Assembly (NCBI RefSeq): GCF_030028105.1
Contig: NC_092379.1
Span: 27,335,821 to 27,399,820, forward strand
DNA from: Mobula birostris
Lineage: Eukaryota
DNA: 64,000 nt
Reading direction: 5' to 3'
Part shown: positions 24,300 through 36,846 of the stretch, in pieces
Position numbering within the stretch: the stretch's first letter is position 1
How the letters are laid out: each line of letters opens with the position of its first letter
Program-made: the position numbers and the translations under genes
The notes under the pieces: model-generated
Told to the model about the DNA's origin: nothing
Seen by the model: only the letters and a program-made list of their open reading frames with translations
Databases searched by the model: none

Positions 24300-27200
24300 A
24301 AAGGGAATCTTTCCGAAAGGCATCCTTGACAACGGATCGCAGGTTACCTTACTGTACCGGTCGTTCTACAACAAATAGCTGAAGCATTTGCCAGTAACCC
24401 CGTTTAATGTACTGGAGATTTGGGGCATAAGTGACGGTAATTACCCGTAGGATGGGTACCCGCTAGTGAGATTGAAATTCTCGGAGGGCTATGTGGGAGT
24501 GTAGGAAGACTTTGAGACGCTGGTGTTGGTCCGTCCGGGCCCGGTGGAAACCGGTGGCGCTGCCCTGCTAGTGGGGACTAACTCCCCTCTAGTGCGGCGG
24601 CTCTTGGCAGCCTGTAAGTGGAAGGTGGGGGAGAACTTTCTGGAGACCATCTCGGTACACCCAGTGTTTCGAGGGGTGTACGAAGGAGTGGGTGACCCCC
24701 AGGGGCTGGATTCTGAGTGCAAACGAGGGACGGTGTGGTGCGCATAGACGAGGTCTAAGGTGATACGGCCATGGGAGGCGGCAATAGTGATGGGGACCCC
24801 CAGATTACCTGCAGTTCCGGAGGGCGAGGCCCTGCTAGTAGACGTCCCGGACGACCTGGAAGGGGATTCTTGCTCCTGGCTGGACGCTGGTGAGACCTGA
24901 ATTGCAGGGACCCTCAGCTGTACCGGCACGGAGGATGGGGGCGATGGTAAGGAACCTAACGGAGCTGGAGATCACCTTTAAGCGCGGGATGCCCCTTGCG
25001 CACTTGTTCCCGGTGACGGTGATGCCTAGCGCCCCTCTTGAGGCCCACTGGAGGAAAACTATTGGAGAACGTTGGGCTGACCCAGGAGGTCTTTAATTGT
25101 GAAGACTCCCCGGTTCCGCCCGAATATAAGAGCAGGCTGTTGGAGAAGATGCTGAAGCTAGGAGACGTCTTTTCTCAGGGCGGTTTTGATGTGGGATGTT
25201 GCAAGAGCACTCGGCACACTGTCCGGGTGACAACTTACACACCGTTTAGAGAAAGGTCGCGGCGGTTGGCCCTAGCAGATGTGTAAGGTGTGCGGCAGCA
25301 CTTGCGGCAGCTGAAAGACGCAGGGATTATCGCGGAGTCCCGAAACCCCTATGCGTCCCCCATAGTGGTGACAAGGAAGAAAAATGGGATGGTACGCATG
25401 TGCCTGGACTATAGGACCCTGAACCAGCGCACGGTTCCCGACGAGTATACGGTCCCCAGAGTGGAAGACGCATTGGCCTGTTTAAGTGGGGCGCAGTGGT
25501 TTAGTGTATTGGATTTATGGAGTGTGTATTAATAGATTCCGATGAGTGAGACGGTTAAAGAGAAGACGGCCTTTATCTGCCCCCTGGGATTTTTCCAGTT
25601 TGAACGAATGCCCCAAGGCATATCGGGGGCCCCAGGCACATTCCAGCGGCTCATGGAGAGGACAGTGGCACATAATCTTGCGAAATGCAGTGGCCACTGA
25701 TCCGGCTAAGATAGCCACAGTAACCACTTGGCCGAGACCTCAGAAGGTGAGCGCCTTATGCTCGTTTTTGGGGTTTTGTGGATATTACCGACGATTCGTG
25801 AAACGAACGCGAAAATGAGTCACCCATTGAACCAGCTGTTGGGTGGTTATGCACCTGTGGGGAGGAAGAGGAAGGCAGACCGAGGATCGGAAGTAGATGG
25901 ATAATTGAACCCAGGGAAGACTTTTGGATCGAGGTGGGATGCTCAATGTGAGGAGGGGTTTCAATCTCTAAAAAGGCCGCTGACACAGGCCCCAGTGTTG
26001 GCTTTTGCTCATCCCCGGAAGCCGTATGTTCTGCACACTGATGCCAGTCACGAGGGTCTGGGGGCTGTCCTGCACCAGGAACAGGGCAATGGATTGAGGC
26101 CGGTGGCGTCTGTCAGCCGGAGCTTGCACCATCTGAGAGAAACTACCCCACTCACAAGCTGGAGTTCTTGGCGTTGAAATGGGCGGTGGTGGAATACTTG
26201 AGTGTCCCTCTATACGGGGCCCAGTTTCAGGTGAGAACTGACAGCAACCCCTTCACTTATACCCTGACCTCGGCAAAGCTGGACGTAACTGGGCACCGGT
26301 GGAGTGAGAAGGCTTGGTCACGCCCCGTCCCCCAGTTAGGCATGAAGACCTCCGAGTTAGCGGCTGTCATTACCTCCCTGGGGAGAAGGGTTGAGGGGCC
26401 CCGCCCGAAGCTCAGAATTTTCTCTGGAGTCAGTCCCACCCCTGAAAGGGAAGACGAATATGAGCGACCTTGTCTGCCTAGGAGTTCAGCCTGAGGTACC
26501 GGCTGCGGAGTCGAAACATCGATGCAGATGCTGTATCCCGTCGGGCGCACGACGAGTGGGCACGGCTGAGCGGTTGAAGAGTGTCCCTGCCCCGGGAGGA
26601 AAGGCTATGTGTCAAGTTGGGAGCGACGGGGAAATAGAAGCCCCGATGGGAACGGATTGGGCAGTAGATCAGTTGGGAGTTGACGATGACGTGGTACCCA
26701 CTGTTTACTGTAATTTGACTGCTCTGAGGAACAGGTAGCTGCCGGAGTTCAGCCACCAGGAAATGGGGGCTGCTCAGCGTGATGACTCGAACATCGGCAC
26801 TATCTGCTACGCGGTTAGACGGGGTGATATGGACCAGGTGGAGAAGACGAAGCATGCCTCCATTCTCCTACTACTGAAGAAGTGGCCTCCGTTGAAGCTG
26901 AAGAACCACGTCTTGTACCGGGTCACGTCGGCCCCGGCCCACCTCTGGCGCTGGCAGCTGGTCATGCCTGAGAAGTATCGGAAAACTGTGCTCCAGGCAC
27001 CACATGATGGTTCCGGGAACTTAGGGGTAGGGAAGACCTATGGATTACTCAAGGACCGGTTTTACTGGCCCCGGATGAGGGAAGAGGGGAGAGGTGGAGG
27101 AATACTGTAAGACCTGTAGTCGTTACATCAGAAGGAAGACCTTGCCTGCGCAGGCGATGCCATAGTCCCATTTGCAGAGTGCGAGACCCATGGACCAGGT

Positions 27201-27900
27201 GTGTATGGATTTCCTGTCTATTAAGCCAGACACCAGAAACATCGCCAATGTCTTGGTCGTCACGGATCACTACACTAGATATGCTCAGGCTTTTCCTACT
27301 AAGGACCAGAAAGCGACTACCGTGGTGAAGGTGTTATGGGAGAAGTACTTTGTTCATTGTGTCCTTTGCCGGTGGATCCACATTGATCAGGGACGGGACT
27401 TCGAGAGCCGGTTTAACCATGAATTACTGGGTATGCTTGGGGTTGAGAAATCCAGAACCACCTCCTATCACCCGCAGGGTGATCCTCAGCCCGAGAGGTT
27501 TAAACGAACCCTGCTGGACATGCTCGTCACTTTGGAGACTGGACAGAAAAGTAAGTGGAGTCAGCACATTGCCCATTGGGATCACTGTTACAATTGTACT
27601 CGAAATGACGCCACTGGGTACTCGCCCTATTATCTGATGTTCGGACGAGAAGCGAGGTTGCCCATTGATCTGTGTTTTGGGACTGAAGCGGGTGAAATAC
27701 CTTCGAAGCCATGTTGAAGTAAGAATCCGATATGAGGAGAGAGTTGAAAAGGGCGCACGAGTTAGCTGAGGCGGCAGCCACCAAGCAGAATGAGCGGAAT
27801 AAGAAGGGGTATGATCAGAAAATAAGGGTTCGTCCAGTTATTGCTTGGAGACAGAGTCCTTATCCGGAATTTAGGACTACCTGATCAGCACAAGTTGGTA
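24300..27900 (+). pseudogene. Gypsy B pol (PR-RT-RH-IN), disrupted
   Basis: YASPIVVTRKKNGMVRMCLDYR; RT YxDD region deleted near 25670; RNase H 25905-26300; integrase MDFLSI, HIDQGRDFES, YHPQGDPQPERFKRTL. Confidence 0.85.
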
Positions 27901-28364
27901 GATCGTTGGGCAGCCACCCACTATGTGGTGGAGAGTCGAATCCCGAACCTCCCTGTTTACCGGGTGAGACGCGAGGATGGGAAGGGGCCTGTCGTGGCAC
28001 TCCATCGGAAATCACCTGTTGCCTCTGGGTCGAGAGGTGAAGGTAGACCCAGAGCCCGAATGGGATTTACAGTTAGGACGAGGACTCTGCGTGCGCGGGG
28101 CGAGGGACGAGCCCGCTGCGAAGGAGACGGGGCCGGTCCCCACCTCGAAAAGGCATACGTCTTCGGAAGATGATGATTTGGACGTGTGGTACCTGTTTCT
28201 GTTCGCTGATTCCCGGATGCCGGGAGAGCAGGGTGTGATCTCTACTGCCCTGGAAAGTTATGTCACTGCTTTATGCACCTGGGTCGGGTTTTGTGTTTTA
28301 CAGGTAGCACTGGTGAACCCTGTTAACTTCATGGGGGCATGACTTTTATTCGTGGGAGGGAGAG

Positions 28365-28977
28365 TGAACGGGGTCTTTCTTTTTTTATGTTAAATTTAAA
28401 ATGGCTTTTTTTGTTATGTTACACTGGGGAATGCTTCTTTGTTATGTTAAATGCTGAGAAAGTCTCTAGCTGGACAGTTGCTTGGGTTAATACAAATAGC
28501 AGGGTGCTGTTAGCCAATGGGTGGTCATGCATCGTTTTGGTTTTGGATACAATGCTGTCTCATATGACAGGGAACGGAGTTTTTGGCGGGGTGTCGGAGG
28601 AGAGACGAGGAGGGCGGCCGATGTGCGAAGTGATGCCGGTCGATCACTTGTCGTTGTCCCGAGCCGTGAGTCGACAGGATTCGGGTGGTATTCTGGAATC
28701 GATTGAGCTGCAACATTTGCGCGCGATGAACTTGGAGTTTGATAAGTCTCGGCGCCTTTTTTTTTTCATTACGTCCTTTTCTGTATCGAATTTATATTAA
28801 TTTCATAGTATTAGTAATATCTATAAAGTGTGCTTGGTAAAATGTACTGGGTGTGCTGGCTGATGATTGATGTCTGGGATTGATTCGGGCGGCAACCAAC
28901 TCCGTGGGAAGCGTTGAGGCGGGTGCTGGGTGGGATTTCCCCAAGACATATACGAGCCAATATAACTGAGCATTACA
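28365..28977 (+). repeat. Gypsy B 3' LTR
   Basis: TGAACGGGG...CATTACA; same length as and collinear with 22177-22789. Confidence 0.88.
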
Positions 28978-31936
28978 CTTACATTGATTGGTACACCTGG
29001 AAGATAGCCGGCTGAAGTCCGTTTTGTCACGCCCCTTGTCTGCAGTCGGCGTTTTCACCTGTTAAAAACGCCACGACTTGACTTGACGTTGAACCCCTTG
29101 ACTTTTCCAGGTTTCCAGCGGTGAGAAATGATCTGGGACAAGTGTTTGGTAACAACGCGCCCTTCCCTGCCTCCACACCGATCATGCGATTGTTCTGTCG
29201 ACCTTCTCCCCGGCGCTCCTCTACTCACCGGTCGGCTGTATAACTTGTCCCGGCCAGAGAGTGAAGCAATGGTGCGTTAGTTCAGTTAAACTCACGCGGC
29301 GGGCATCATCCGACCCTCATCCTCCCCGGTAGGCGCAGGGTTCTTCTTTGTGGGAAAGAAGGATGTTTCACTGAGTCCCTGCATCGACAACTGAGGCCTA
29401 AATCATATAACCATCAAGAACAAGTACCCACTACCTATGATAAGTTCCGCTTTCAAACCACTTCACGTAGCTACCAACTTCTCGAAATTGGACCTACAAA
29501 ACGCCTACCATCTGGTCCGAATAAGAGAGGGGGGCAGGTGGAAAACGGCATTAAAAACCCCGTTAGGCCACTTCGAGTACTTGGTCAGGCCGTTTGGCCT
29601 CACCAATACCCCCGCTGTTTTTCAAGCCTTGATTACCAATGTACTAAGAGACTGCATTAACCGATTTGTGTTTGTCTATTTGGATGACAGCCTAATCTTT
29701 TCCAGCAGTCCCCTGCAACCCGTTCATCATGTCCGCGAAGTCCTGCAGAAGCTGCGGGAGAATAAGTTATTCGTAAAGTCGGAGAAGTGTGAATTCCACG
29801 TCCCCTTGCTCAGCTTCCTAGGTTGTATCATCGAGAGCGGACAGGTGAGAGCTGATCCCGAGAAGATCCGAGTTATGGCGGAGTGGCCCAAACCCACGGA
29901 CCGCAAGCAACCCCAACGGTTCCTGTGGTTTGTGAACTTCTATCGCAGATTCATTAGAAACTACAGTCAGGTGGCGTCTCCCTTGAACCGACTTACTTCA
30001 CTTGCCACACCTTTGCTTTGGTTCTCCGAGGCGGACGCAGCACTCGCGGACCAGAAGAGACGTTTCACGTCTGATCCCGTTCTGATTCAGCCGGCCCCCT
30101 CCTGTCAATTCATTGTGGAGGTTGACGCATCCGACTCCGGGGTGGGAGCGGTACTGACCCAATATTCGGGCCCGGATGGGAAGCTTCTTCTGTCGCCGAC
30201 TGCCTCCCGCCGAGCGAAATTACGACGTGGGGAACCGGGAGCTACTGGCTGTCAAACTGGCGTTGGAAGAATGGAGACACTGGTTGGAGGGGGCGGAACA
30301 CCGGTTCATTGTCACGACAGACCATAAGAAACTTGAATATGTCCAGACCGCCAAAGGCCTGAAATTTCGCCAGGCCCGTTAGGTATCATTTTTTGGCCGG
30401 TTCAGGTTTACCCTCACCTGTCGTCCGGAGTCAAAGAACAGGAAGCCCGATGCTCTGTCCCTTCAACTCGTTTCAGAGGAGGACGTTCCCAACCCCGAGA
30501 CCATCCTTCCATCAGCCTGTGTAGTGGCTGCTCTCACCTGGGAGATCGAGTCCAGAGTCAGAGAGGCACAACGGATAGGACATGACCCAGGCATCGGATC
30601 TCCCAATCGCTGATTTGTACCTGATTCTGTTCGATCGCAGGGTCTGCAGTTCTCGTTTCTCCTGCCACACCGGAATCGATCAGACTCTGAATTTTCTGAA
30701 GAGACATTTCTGGTGGCCCTCCAATGACGTCGACACCCGTTCCTATGTCTCTGCATGTTCCGTCTGCACCCGTCGTAAACCTCCATCGGCTACCTGTGGG
30801 ATTGCTTCCTCCCCTGCCCGTTCGTCGTCGCCCCTGTTCACACATCGCTCTGGATTTCGTCATTGTTCTACCCCTTTCACGTGGAAACACTGCCGTCCTA
30901 ACTGTGGTGGACCATTTCTCCAAGTCGGCGCATTCTGTAGCCCTTCCTAAACTCCCTGCATCGCAGGAGACCGCAGACCTTTTCGTCACCCACTTTTTCC
31001 GACTTCACGGAATCCATTCGGACATTGTCTCCGATCATGGTCCTCAATTCATTTCGCAAGTTTGGAGATCCTCATGTCGATCCCTTGGTGCCTCAGTTAG
31101 CCTATCGTTCAGTTTTCACCCATGGCCGAACGGACAAACGAATGGGGTCAACCAGGAGCTGGATGCGGCGTTACTTTGTATATCAGCAAACAACCCATCT
31201 ACCTGGAGCAACCATCTCGCAAGGGTAGAATATGCCGACAACTCTCAGGTCAGCACCGCGACCGGAAATTCTCTTTTTGAATGCTCTCTTGGTTATCAAC
31301 CCCCATGTTTCCCGTCCCGGAAGAAGGGATTGCATTGCTGTCAGTACAGCCCCATACGCACGGCCCTGCCTCGCTTATCCAACCGTAACCGAACAAAATA
31401 CCGACCGACATCCCCCCCCCCCCCACCAGCCCCGCTCCTTAATAGCGACCTGGGTAGATGGTGCGACTCTCGTCTAAAGACAGTCCTCTGAAAAAAAAAA
31501 AAAAAAAAACAGCCCAAGAAGCTCGTTTCCCGCTTCCTGGGACCTTTCGAGGTTGGGAGCATTATCAACCCTGGGACAATCCTGCTCAAGCTACCTACCT
31601 TTCTGCGGATCCATCCTACATTTCACGTCTCCCAGTTAAACCGTTTTCTGTCAGTCTCTTGTGCCCTGCGACCGAACCCCCTCCACCAACCTCTCTCAGC
31701 CCACTCCCCCGGATCACCCACGACCATCCGGCTCACACTGTCCGGCGGTTATTGGATGTTTGCTGTCGGGGCAGGGGTCTCCAGTACCTGATCGACTGAG
31801 AGGGGTACGGCCCGGAGTAACGTTCCTGGATTTCCCGCTCCTACATTCTGGACCCTTCTCTCATCCGGGATTTGCATCGGGACATTCCACACAAGCCCGG
31901 GGGATCGCCAGGAGGCTCCCGTTGAGGGAGGGTAAC

Positions 31937-32336
31937 TATTATGGTTCCGTTTGGTTGTTCCCCTTTAGACCTCCTTTCTCCCTGATTATGCCCTAATTTC
32001 AGCCATTAGATTTCCAGCTGCTGAGAGTTTACTTAGTTACCGTTCACCTGGTTTGCATCGCAGACTGTGAAATAGGTACTCTGTCGTCACTACACAGGTT
32101 GCCAGTTTGTTGGTCTACTTCTGTGTGATACTTCATTCTCTTGTCCGCTTAGATCCTTTAGTTCTAAGTTTAGTTCAAAGTTCTACTCTAGTTTCAAGAT
32201 AGTCACTGTAGATCCCGTCTCCTTTTCAAGATGCCTCCGGTTTGCTGTTCTACCTTCACGTCTACTCAAGCATGCCCAACTCAGTCGACGTGTCGGTCTT
32301 CTGCACTTGGCTTCTCCTCAGCCACCCCGTGCAACT
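31937..32336 (+). repeat. Gypsy A 3' LTR (unit 1)
   Basis: Follows PPT GAGGGAGGG; aligns to 20369-20767. Confidence 0.88.
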
Positions 32337-35300
32337 CTTTCCTGATTTGATCAATGATCTATTTAATATAGTCTTCGTAAAACTCACTTTTTTAGATCTT
32401 TACAAATTAGAGACTTGCGTTCTCAACTTTATATATTTTCTAAATGTCCAGATAAGAATTTAATTGATATAAGTTTTGCTTTGAAACCATTTCATAATGG
32501 ATCTATATCTTATATTTATAATATGTTGTTCGCATTTAGAAACATTCCTTAGACAAAATTCAAAACCTCTGGGAACATGATTGTAAGTTATGAGGATACT
32601 TGGAATGAAATTTTTAAACTTGTTCACATCTCTTCGTTATGTGCGTTTCACTCTCTTTTACAATTTAAGTGGTTCATAGAGCATATATGACTCAAGATAC
32701 GCTGTCTCATTTTATTCGGATTTTTTCTCCACACGAAAATAGGTGTAATGTCGAGGAGGCCTCTATAATTCATGTCTTTTGGTTCTGCCTGCGGCTTGAT
32801 AAATTTGGAAAGAAGTATTTCTAACTCCTCAGAGCTTTTCAACGTAAACGTTAAATCCAACCCACTGACTGCCTTATTTGGCATTTTTGGAGGAAACTAT
32901 TTTACTCTTGCCGAATGATTTGCGTATTTTATCGTTTATTTCTATTTTAGCCAGAAGAGTTTTGTTCCTTAAATGGAAAGATGCCGCTCCACCTACTCAT
33001 TCTCTTTGGTTGATTGATGTTATGTCATGTTTAAGTCTAGAGAAGATTAGTTTTTTCTATTTCTACACCGAGACAGGATTTTTCTTTTCACATTATGGCG
33101 ACCTTTCTGGAATTATTTTTTTGTCATTTTCGCTTTGCTCAGTAATGCTGATGGCTATTATGTGTCTGAATTTACGACTATATGTCAGATTTTTTGATTG
33201 TTTTTCTTATAACCAAGCAGCTTTTCTATTTTCTTTCTGTTTTTTATTTCTCTTTTTTTTCTATTTTGTTATGGGATTTTGTTTTTGCTTTAGATTAGAT
33301 TAAACTACATCTTGTTTTCAATATTATGGTTAAATTATAATACATAGTTATGTGGAAATTTAATCTTGTTTCTGTTTCTGTAATATCAAAATGTATTTTA
33401 TTTTCGTCAATGCAAGTAATTAATAAATATATTGGAAACAAATGGGATATTTCCCAGCAGTCAAGTGCAATCTCTTTTCATTGACTGACCTAGGAGGTAT
33501 CAATACATCGAATCCAGTGTTGCAGGAGAGGCGGAATAACATGTGTGTACAGAAAGGAGGGATAGCGATAGCGGGAATGAAACAATATAGCACACACGCC
33601 AGAAAGACCCAGTAAGTTTGATAAACTCATTAATGAATAACTACGTCCTGGAAAAAGTAACACTTCGGAATTTGGCCATAGACAGTCCCATCAACGGCAG
33701 CGGAAGGAGAAATGTAAGGCACGATGCCAGAAGCGTCATTGCATACAACAAAATGAAATAAAATAAAACAGATAAGCAAAAAAACAACAAAAGCTCCAAG
33801 TAGATCAAGGATACCAAGAGGATGGTTGCGCTGAAGGAGTAGTTCAGGATAGAGGATCCTGCCATGCTGCTGCCAGCTGGCTATGCCCCGCAACGTAATG
33901 AGTTTAAGTAAATTAAAAGGTTAATTAAGTTAAATATTTCAGTTCCAATAAGTTGACTTTTTTTTTCTTTTTTTTTTCTTAACCCAGATGCTGCGGTCCC
34001 TTTCTGATTTTTTATCATTTTCACAATACGTTAACTCTTCTCACACTTGACACTTTTTCCCAAAAATCATTATGCGAAAATACCGAGAGAACTTCACATC
34101 TTCCTCCCTTAACGACACAAAAGTATTCCTTTTAAAGATTTTTTTATTGAAAAAAAAATGATAGCTATATTTGACAAGGCTCAGCACGGATCTTCGTTCT
34201 TGCCTCTTGACTTAGAGTCACGGATTTGCTGTTGTCCATTCAACATGCCATCATTGAATATTGTCCGGTCAGGAAAGCCGAAACTGTTTCAGTTTCTGCG
34301 CATGTTTAGCAGACGGTCCTCCAATCCAAGAGCGCGAAATGCAAAAATTGCGTGTTCGAAATTTTAGATGCGGGAATAAAAGTGGGAGAGGTGAGTTTTG
34401 TTTAATCCATCCGGTAAGTACCCACGCTCTACACATTACAGAAAAAATGCCGTTGATTTTCTCACCATTTCAATGTTATTCATCAAACGCATGGCAATTT
34501 TTAACAACACATGAACTCATGGTTGAGATTTCTCCAAGGTATTGTTGTTTACTTCCCATTGTTCAGTTCTGCTGTTTCAGATTTCTTTCTTCCTCATTCT
34601 CAGCCACATTCTCCATTTTATTGCATCGTTGTCTCTGGTAACATTGCTTCACTCATTTGAAAGCCTGCACTACAGCGCATCTTTCAAGGTTTTAATTTAC
34701 CTCTCAAGATATAAGCTATATAATTATTAATGCAGGATGAGTGTGTGTTTGCGTTGAACAGTTCAGCTGGAATATTCCTTGAGCAAAGGAGACAATGACA
34801 ATCAGCACCACAGAGAAACGGGAATGTGTTGGGAACGAGAAAGAAACATACACATGTTTCCCTGTGAGAACATCACGATGCATGCGAGCAGATGGATGGT
34901 GGAACCGCTGCAGTATAGCACCATCAAATGATTCGGCTATTTTTGCAGACCGGAGTGTCAACTGTGACTGCTGTGCCAGTATACTGCTTGAAGTGTTTGT
35001 GAATGATAATTCTGGATAGCCACTATTTTTTGATCATTGTCTACAACAACACAACAATAAAAGCACATTGACACCATTAGATCTCAGTAAACAGAGCAAT
35101 TTAAGTATTTCAAATATCCGTGGCTCGATTGCAAATAATCTAAATAAAGATTTCATAACACAATTATATGCAACGTTACAGCCACGCTGGATTTAAGAGC
35201 TACCGATACCTCCAACAGTGATCAAGTTGTGGCAGGAAAGAGGTACAGTTGGTGGTTTCTGACTTGTCTCTGCAAACATGGATTCACAAGGTGGTTGCCT

Positions 35301-36292
35301 CGATTCGAAGATTTCGGTGCAATATGACGATTGGGTCTAATTGCTTGAAACGATTGTAAGTAAGGGGTAAATACACGGAAGTTTATCAGATGAAAAAGGC
35401 ACAATCCAAATGTCGTGTAAATGCATTTGTATAACTTGCATATCCTTCATGGAAACAGAAGAGGGTGCAGTCTTAATTTGTGAGGAAATAAGTTTAAAGG
35501 CGAATCGCACCACAAGAGTTTTCTTTTTTCATCTGCAAAAAACATGGTTACTATCTCTAAATCACAGTCAGAGAGGGTGATATAAAGTGGTCCAGCTTCT
35601 GTAGTTAAGGTAGTTAATTTAGCAAAGGAAAGCACATACGAAGATGGAGTCGGGAGAGAATGACATAAAAAAAAATGTTTGTCTGATCGTGAGGGGCTGA
35701 AGTTACCGTTTCTTTGCTGTAGTTTGCTTGGAGTCTCTGAGTCTTATTAAATTTTGCCAAATTATCTTTTTTTACAATGAAAACTTGAATCAAGCTGAGC
35801 CGACATGGAATGAACTAGAAGTTTGGAACTTTCTCCGTGCAGTTTGCCTCATCAACATACTCTGCAATGGCTGGTTTCCCTCCTAAAGACGGTACCAGAC
35901 ACATATCTTTGGACTTTACAAAGGGAAAGAAAATCCACTCCTTTATTTAGTGCGAGATTATATGAAAGCATTTCTAATCATACCGTCTTTGTTGTAGAGT
36001 CTTATATACAGCCCAATCGTTAGCTCTGAGGATGTAACTTATGGGCGGTCTCACCCGATCTGCCAACTTTCAGTTGGTTGGCTGTGTTGAGGAACAAAGC
36101 ATTAGTACAAGATTGGAAGAGTTCATAAAAGGAGTTGATTTGTGGAGTATGAGAAGCCAAGAGCGGCATGTTAAGTTGATGAGACCAATGGCATCTTAAC
36201 AAACGAGCGTGCACGCCTGTCGAACCACAGACTAAACTTGTTTGAGAATAATGTTGTTTCATTACAAATTTATAGTAAACGGATACACAGAC

Positions 36293-36846
36293 ATGAGGGT
36301 CCAATATTTGTTTCGTCTTGCTGCAGCGCTTCTAATTGGTAAGTTTCTGGGCATATTGCAAACCGTCGTTCTCACCATGCTGAACAGAATAATTTATCAC
36401 TGTATATCAGTAACACAACATTGATCATGGGATTAAAGGATTTGTGAGACGAAAGTAAAATGTTTTTATTCGGAGCTATGCGAGCAGAATATTGATATTT
36501 CTTGATTGAAATTTTAGAATTATTTTTGTACTATAACAGGACTTTGCCGAGGCGACGCTGTTGATCAGTCTCCTGCTGTCATGAAAGTTGCGGAAGGGGG
36601 AGTTGCAGTGTTAAACTGCAACTATACAGCTACAAGCACGAACACCCCCGCATTCATCTGGTACCGTCAGTACCCCGGAGGTTCTCTGGAGTTGCTTTTG
36701 ATCCGTTCGAAGTTCGACAACCTCCACGTGAATCTTCCCCGACAACGGTTCACGGCACAGGTGAATGATTCGAGCAGAAATGTCCCACTGACGGTATCAG
36801 AAACACATCTAGGAGACACTGCCACGTATTACTGTGCTCTGAAGCC
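36293..36846 (+). CDS. TRAV: T-cell receptor variable gene segment (alpha/delta type), intact: leader exon 36293-36338, intron 36339-36539, V exon 36540-36846
   Basis: Leader MRVQYLFRLAAALLIG, GTAAGT donor, ACAG acceptor, V domain DAVDQSP...LNCNY...WYRQYPGG...DTATYYCALKP; 74/99 aa identical to the first V by hand alignment. Confidence 0.9.

Larger units (their letters stand above)
22177..28977 (+). mobile_element. Gypsy B: LTR retrotransposon with PNMA-like gag, nested in Gypsy A protease-RT region, unit 1 only
   Basis: 613-bp LTRs 22177-22789 and 28365-28977; probable 4-bp TSD CTCA/CTTA; PPT GGGAGGGAGAG before 28365; gag 23165..23914; zinc knuckle CYNCGREGYFRREC; protease LDNGSQV; RT, RNase H (VLHTDASHEGLGAVL), integrase 27172..27717. 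Confidence 0.93.
20369..32336 (+). mobile_element. Gypsy A: sushi-like chromodomain LTR retrotransposon (unit 1 copy), decayed, hosts Gypsy B
   Basis: LTRs 20369-20767 and 31937-32336; 5-bp TSD CTTTC (20364-20368 and 32337-32341); gag (EYRTLPADSGWNDEALQEVFRQGL), protease ALIDSGA, RT YLDD and RNase [15 protein letters not shown] (ORF 29437..30327), integrase 30724..31491, chromodomain-like [16 protein letters not shown] near 31740-31830. Confidence 0.93.
19826..33440 (+). mobile_element. Second L1-clade fragment split by the Gypsy A insertion (L1 parts 19826-20368 and 32337-33440)
   Basis: LPKY..FIPKFFF and GGLPLPNFR-like motifs before the LTR; THFFRSLQIRD, HRAY and ARRVLFLKWKDAAPP after it; ends AATAAA plus A/T-rich tail. 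Confidence 0.8.
5978..35039 (+). repeat. Tandem segmental duplication, unit 1 (one V gene plus TE cargo)
   Basis: Collinear blocks match unit 2: 6000-7330 ~ 35060-36430; 7680-8820 ~ 36480-37640; 9080-13485 ~ 38900-42970; 18727-22170 ~ 42974-46250; 28980-35039 ~ 46250-52359. Confidence 0.92.
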
